Shown in pieces: positions 33,230 through 37,094 of a stretch of 37,094 nt of DNA. Below the pieces are notes generated by a model, which searched no databases, had not been told where the DNA came from, and saw only the letters and a program-made list of their open reading frames with translations. Numbering within the stretch: position 1 is the first letter of the stretch; each line of letters starts with the position of its first letter. The stretch lies in the NCBI GenBank assembly GCA_963977445.1, contig CAXBPH010000037.1:1-37094 (forward strand), in the 5' to 3' direction. Made by a program: the position numbers and the translations under genes. The DNA comes from an uncultured bacterium. Lineage in GTDB: Bacteria > Hydrogenedentota > Hydrogenedentia > Hydrogenedentales > JAEUWI01.

Positions 33230-33642
33230 CAGGTCAGCCCCCCGAGCACTTCGGTGCTGCTGATATTAAAGACATAAAAGTTCAGGGTTTCGTCTTCCTC
33301 GCCAGGAATACGCAAGGTGGCTTGCACCTGATAAAAAGGAATAGGGGCCTCTTCCGTGCCGCCCAGGGGCGTGCCCTGGTAACTCCACGTATAGCCTGCG
33401 TAGCGCCCCTTAAACTCGCCCGACCCCGTAAGCTCGCCGGTAAGCACGCCAAACTCGGCCTCCCCCACCGCCCGCTCCAGCAACTGGCGTTTCAAAACCG
33501 CATCGTTCATGGACTCATAGAGATTGAGGGCGCTCAAATGGGTATTCAGCAGAATAAAGACGGCGGAACCAAGAATCGCGAGGGCCGCGAGGATCTCCAC
33601 CAGGGTGAAGCCGCCGTTACTGTTATTTCGGGGGTGAATCAC
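33229..33642 (-). CDS. gspI: Type II secretion minor pseudopilin I (137 aa)
   Basis: GG|FTLVEILAALAILG and SGEF...YTW; overlaps the neighbouring genes (translational coupling). Confidence 0.85.
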   Translation of the reverse strand: MIHPRNNSNGGFTLVEILAALAILGSAVFILLNTHLSALNLYESMNDAVLKRQLLERAVGEAEFGVLTGELTGSGEFKGRYAGYTWSYQGTPLGGTEEAPIPFYQVQATLRIPGEEDETLNFYVFNISSTEVLGGLT

Positions 33643-34790
33643 GATTCAATCCCCCGGCCGAGGTGGATGGTGCTCCGGTTGGATAGGGGATCCCAAAACA
33701 CGGTGTAGGCTTCACCATCTTCGTTTTCAATATAGATAAGCACCGACTGGGTAAGGCCCAAAACGGAAAACTCCGCTTCCGCTACGCCTTGGGAGATGTA
33801 GTCGCCGTCAATCTCGACCCCCACAATGCGGACGTCGCCCCGCAGGGCCGTACGTCGCAGGATGGGGTCGCCCAACTCCTCTTCGACGGGCTCTTCTTCG
33901 TCAAGTTCAAAGGCTTGGTCCTCGCCGAAAATCGTGCCCGCATCTTCGAGAAAGCTCTCGTCGTGCTTTACATTTTTCGCACGCACTTCCAGGGCCTGGC
34001 GGGCAAAACTGTTGAACTTATCGTCCATCTGATAGCCCGCAAGCTCGGGATCGAAGGCACCGTCGCCATCGCTCAGAATGCCAGACAGGTCGCTCTCACC
34101 GAGAAATTTCTCCTGCAGGTCGGCCGAAGAATTGACGCCCATCTCCCGCAATTGCGCGAGCTTGGCCAATTGATCCGGCTCGGCTTCGGCGGCTTCGGCC
34201 TCGGCCTTTTCTGTCTCTGGTAGTATCCAGTGGACGGCGTAAATTTGCTGCTCTTTCAGGTCGATACGCACCACCACCCGATCACGTAACAGAGCCGAGT
34301 GGGCCATGGCCCCCTGGCCAAAACCCGCCACCCGACGGGCACTGCCCTCGAGTTCACTGAAGGCAATAATCGGCAACAACTGGGGAATGGACATGGCCGC
34401 AATCACCCCAATCAGAAACACCACGATGGCCAGCTCAATGAGCGTGAAGCCCGCCGATTGCTGACGGCGCGCACGCGCTTCGCCACCACACCGCCTGTGA
34501 GAATGGTTGTTGTTACCACGAAGGTCACAGGACAACCTGTGGCCGCAGGCAAATCGAGGCAGGGCGTCATTCCCGCGAACGCGGGAATCCAGCGAGTATG
34601 TACGGTTAACTTTCCGCGCTACTGGGTCCCCGCCTTCGCGGGGATGACAGCCCGGGAGAGCTGTTTCGGATGACACCGTACGACACGTGTATTCGATGGC
34701 GTGTGGGGTCAACCCAAGAAATCGACGAATAGGTGCACGAAAGACAAAAAGAAAAGAAGGGCGTAGTGATACGTGAGCAGTTTTTATCAT
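33639..34790 (-). CDS. gspH: Type II secretion minor pseudopilin H; start uncertain, apparently with a very long leader
   Basis: SAG|FTLIELAIVVFLIGVIAAMSIP (Phe at 34448), LEGSARRVAG, AEFSVLG and YTVFWDPLS. The only well-supported start is ATG 34790/34793 after AAAGGAG. An alternative TTG at 34535 has no clear RBS. Confidence 0.8.
   Translation of the reverse strand: MIKTAHVSLRPSFLFVFRAPIRRFLGLTPHAIEYTCRTVSSETALPGCHPREGGDPVARKVNRTYSLDSRVRGNDALPRFACGHRLSCDLRGNNNHSHRRCGGEARARRQQSAGFTLIELAIVVFLIGVIAAMSIPQLLPIIAFSELEGSARRVAGFGQGAMAHSALLRDRVVVRIDLKEQQIYAVHWILPETEKAEAEAAEAEPDQLAKLAQLREMGVNSSADLQEKFLGESDLSGILSDGDGAFDPELAGYQMDDKFNSFARQALEVRAKNVKHDESFLEDAGTIFGEDQAFELDEEEPVEEELGDPILRRTALRGDVRIVGVEIDGDYISQGVAEAEFSVLGLTQSVLIYIENEDGEAYTVFWDPLSNRSTIHLGRGIES
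34566..34648. repeat. REP/dRS3-like palindrome pair (MITE-like) in the gspH leader region
   Basis: gtcattcccgcgaacgcgggaatccag (34566-34592) and an inverted copy ctgggtccccgccttcgcggggatgac (34622-34648). Each arm is itself a hairpin; the left arm has the ATTCCC-N8-GGGAAT pattern. Confidence 0.85.
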
Positions 34791-34870
34791 CATGCACTCC
34801 TTTCGTTTCGTCGTGGCAACAACTATCTCAAGACGCTCCGCCCCCGGAATGGAGACAAGAACCACGACAC

Positions 34871-35296
34871 TCAGTTCGCCTGAATATCATCGCTCCGGAT
34901 ATCGGCATCCACTTCTTCGCCGCCCGGCACGCCATCGGCACCCAGGGAGATAATGACGAACTTCCGCGATCCTTCGAGCTGATACTGGTAGGGGTTGTCC
35001 CATGGGTCCAGTGGGATGCTCTTCGAGGTCAGAATGGGGTCACCGGATGGCGGACTGACCAACTGATCCAGGCTGTCGGGGAACTTCTTGAATTTAATCT
35101 TGTAGGAGACCAGCGCCGTTTCGAAATTCTTAATTTGGGCCTTGGCGGCCGCCACGTTGCCGTCGTCCACGGAACTCAATACATTAAACCCTACGATGGC
35201 CGCGAGGACAGCAATAATCGAAATCACCACCATCAATTCAATCAGCGTAAAACCACTGGTACTGCCGCTTTTACGACGTGCCTGATTCTGTTTCAT
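34871..35296 (-). CDS. gspG: Type II secretion major pseudopilin G (141 aa)
   Basis: TSG|FTLIELMVVISII, AKAQIKNFETAL, DPWDNPYQY, ISLGADGVPGGEEVDADI. Confidence 0.96.
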   Translation of the reverse strand: MKQNQARRKSGSTSGFTLIELMVVISIIAVLAAIVGFNVLSSVDDGNVAAAKAQIKNFETALVSYKIKFKKFPDSLDQLVSPPSGDPILTSKSIPLDPWDNPYQYQLEGSRKFVIISLGADGVPGGEEVDADIRSDDIQAN

Positions 35297-35308
35297 CTCT
35301 ACTCTCCT

Positions 35309-36535
35309 TCAGTTTATATTCTGGCTCATATTCAGGATTGGCAACAGGATTGATACAACCAGGAAGCCAACGAAAATGCCCATGACGATAATGATAACCG
35401 GTTCAATAAGGGCCACAATGGCCTCGATGGTAAGCCGCACGTCTTCGTCATAGGTGTCGGCTACCTTTATCAGCATATCTTCTATTTCACCACTCTTCTG
35501 TCCCAACTCTACCATGTGAATCATCATGGAGGGGAAGAGGCCTGTTTCACGCATGGGCTGGGCCAAATCGCGACCGCGACGTACCCCCGCCTTCACTTCA
35601 TCCATGTGTTCCTTAAAGTAGCTGTTCTCCAACACCGAGTTCACCACCTCCAGGGCGGGCAACATGGTCAGTCCACTTTGGAGCATGGTGCCCATGGTCC
35701 GGGCAAAGCGGGCGCACACCAACTTGAGGTGCAGGCTGCCATAGAGGGGAAAACGCAATTTCATGCGGTCCCATTTCAGCCGGCCCTGTGGTCGGGAAAT
35801 CCACCAGCGCCAAAGGGTTATGGCACCAAAGATCGCTGCGGTGATAAGCCACCAGTAGGCGCGGAGAAATCCGCTCGTGGCAATGAGTATTTCCGTCGGC
35901 CGGGGCAACTCGGCCCCTTGCTTGGCGAAGATATCGGTTATACGGGGAACGATGAAGGTCATCAGAAAGATGACCACGGCGATGGCAAAAAAGCCCATGA
36001 ACACCGGGTAGGCCAGGCTCGACGTGAGCTGGGCCTTGAGCTTGGACTGGTGCTCCTGCATGTCGGCCAGCCGAAACAGGACCTCTTCCAGGGTGCCACT
36101 CACTTCACCGGCACGCACCATGTTCACATAGAGGTTGTTAAAAAGGCGGGGGTGTTTTCCCAGGGCATCACCGAGGGTCATACCGCCGTTTACGTTATCG
36201 CGGATGTCATAGATAGCGGCCTGGAGCCGGGGCTTGCTGGTCTGCTCCTGCATGGCCGCCAGGGAATCCACCAGGGGCATACCGGCACGAAGCAGCACCC
36301 CGAATTGCCGGGTAAGCATGGACAGATCCCGGGTGGAGACGCGGCCTCCGCCCGATTTGGGTCCATCGTTCCCTTTGCCACCACGGGAGAGTGTCTTGCT
36401 CTCGGTGATGTCGGTGGGGAACAGTCCCTGGTCCCGGAGCTTTTGCCGGGCCTGCGACGCACCCTCGGCGTCGATGACGCCCTTGGTGTTCTTGCCCGTC
36501 GCTTTGTTTATCGCTTTGTAATCGTAGACCGCCAT
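35309..36535 (-). CDS. gspF: Type II secretion platform protein F (408 aa)
   Basis: TRQFGVLLRAGMPL, YVNMVRAGEVSGTLEEVL, LAYP, RFARTMGTMLQSG, GQKSGEIEDML, ILLPI. Confidence 0.95.
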   Translation of the reverse strand: MAVYDYKAINKATGKNTKGVIDAEGASQARQKLRDQGLFPTDITESKTLSRGGKGNDGPKSGGGRVSTRDLSMLTRQFGVLLRAGMPLVDSLAAMQEQTSKPRLQAAIYDIRDNVNGGMTLGDALGKHPRLFNNLYVNMVRAGEVSGTLEEVLFRLADMQEHQSKLKAQLTSSLAYPVFMGFFAIAVVIFLMTFIVPRITDIFAKQGAELPRPTEILIATSGFLRAYWWLITAAIFGAITLWRWWISRPQGRLKWDRMKLRFPLYGSLHLKLVCARFARTMGTMLQSGLTMLPALEVVNSVLENSYFKEHMDEVKAGVRRGRDLAQPMRETGLFPSMMIHMVELGQKSGEIEDMLIKVADTYDEDVRLTIEAIVALIEPVIIIVMGIFVGFLVVSILLPILNMSQNIN

Positions 36536-36710
36536 ACGCCGTCTCGGTTTCCTTTGTGGTTCTTGGAACTATCCATTCAACTACAGGAGACCCACCGGTG
36601 GGGCCTTCATGACGAAAACGATGTGTGGGACTCGGGGTTACCCCGTGCCGCTGTAGCGGATCCATCTGCCCCCTGGAACGAAGCCTTCCGCTCCACCGCC
36701 CCCACCGTCA

Positions 36711-37094
36711 TCAACCCATGATTTCTTCTTCCATATCATTCCGCGTGACCCGCAAGATCTCTTCGGCCGAGGTCAGGCCGAGCATGGCCCGGTTTGCCCC
36801 GTCTTCCCGAAGGGTACGCATCCCGAACTTCCGGGCTTCGCGCTTGATCTGGTTTGAATCAACCCCCTGCAGGGCCATCTCCTGGATGCGGGTCGTCATG
36901 ACAAGCAATTCGAAGATACCCGTTCGGCCGCGGTAGCCCCGATCGGAACAGGCGCTACAGCCCACGGCGTGATAGAGGATCCGTTTTTCCGGGTCCGCCG
37001 GCGCGTCCACACCCAGCTCTTTGTAGGTTTCCAGCTCGGGGGTGTACGCCACTTTGCACGTGTCACAAATGCGCCGGACCAGACGCTGGGCCTG
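36711..37094 (-). CDS. gspE: Type II secretion ATPase E, C-terminal 127 aa; truncated at the right window edge
   Basis: The frame is open from 37094: QAQRLVRRICDTCK...GCSACSDRGYRGRTGIFEL...GMRTLREDG...GLTSAEEILRV. Confidence 0.9.
   Translation of the reverse strand, partial: QAQRLVRRICDTCKVAYTPELETYKELGVDAPADPEKRILYHAVGCSACSDRGYRGRTGIFELLVMTTRIQEMALQGVDSNQIKREARKFGMRTLREDGANRAMLGLTSAEEILRVTRNDMEEEIMG

Noticed and set aside
36536..36710. Small hairpins between gspE and gspF as a second REP or an ncRNA
   Set aside because: Only 5-bp stems (cgggg-tta-ccccg, ccgct-gt-agcgg), no second copy in the window and no recognisable family
721..36936. Many long plus-strand ORFs (e.g. 14978-16567, 23929-25239, 27027-28613, 31091-32314, 35516-36721)
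   Set aside because: They are antisense shadows of well-supported minus-strand genes in GC-rich DNA and have no recognisable motifs
1..37094. Taxonomic assignment (style suggestive of Hydrogenedentota or PVC-related bacteria)
   Set aside because: No marker gene in the window; this is an impression only and needs a homology search

Overview
All real genes lie on the minus strand. They form two head-to-tail type IV filament gene clusters. Read right to left, the first (about 29.0-37.1 kb) is a conventional type II secretion block: gspE (partial), F, G, H, I, J, K, L, M. The second (1-28.6 kb) has its own sigma70-like promoter and is unusual. It encodes PilB, PilT, a second PilB and PilC, then a pilin series in T2SS order (G-H-I-J-K) ending in a ~2700-aa GspK/PilX-like protein with nested insertions and many Asp-rich repeats. 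After that come a 1045-aa secreted beta-helix protein at the usual PilY1 position, a PEGA/FGE-sulfatase-fold protein, a PilM-PilN fusion, PilO-like and PilP/GspC-like genes, and a TPR-bearing probable secretin that runs off the left end and is absent from the ORF track. The second cluster looks like a retractile T2SS/T4aP hybrid with a very large tip complex. gspH appears to carry a REP/dRS3-like palindrome pair in frame within an abnormally long prepilin leader. I saw no RNA genes, CRISPR array, transposase or prepilin peptidase. All calls come from reading motifs by eye; no database search was run.
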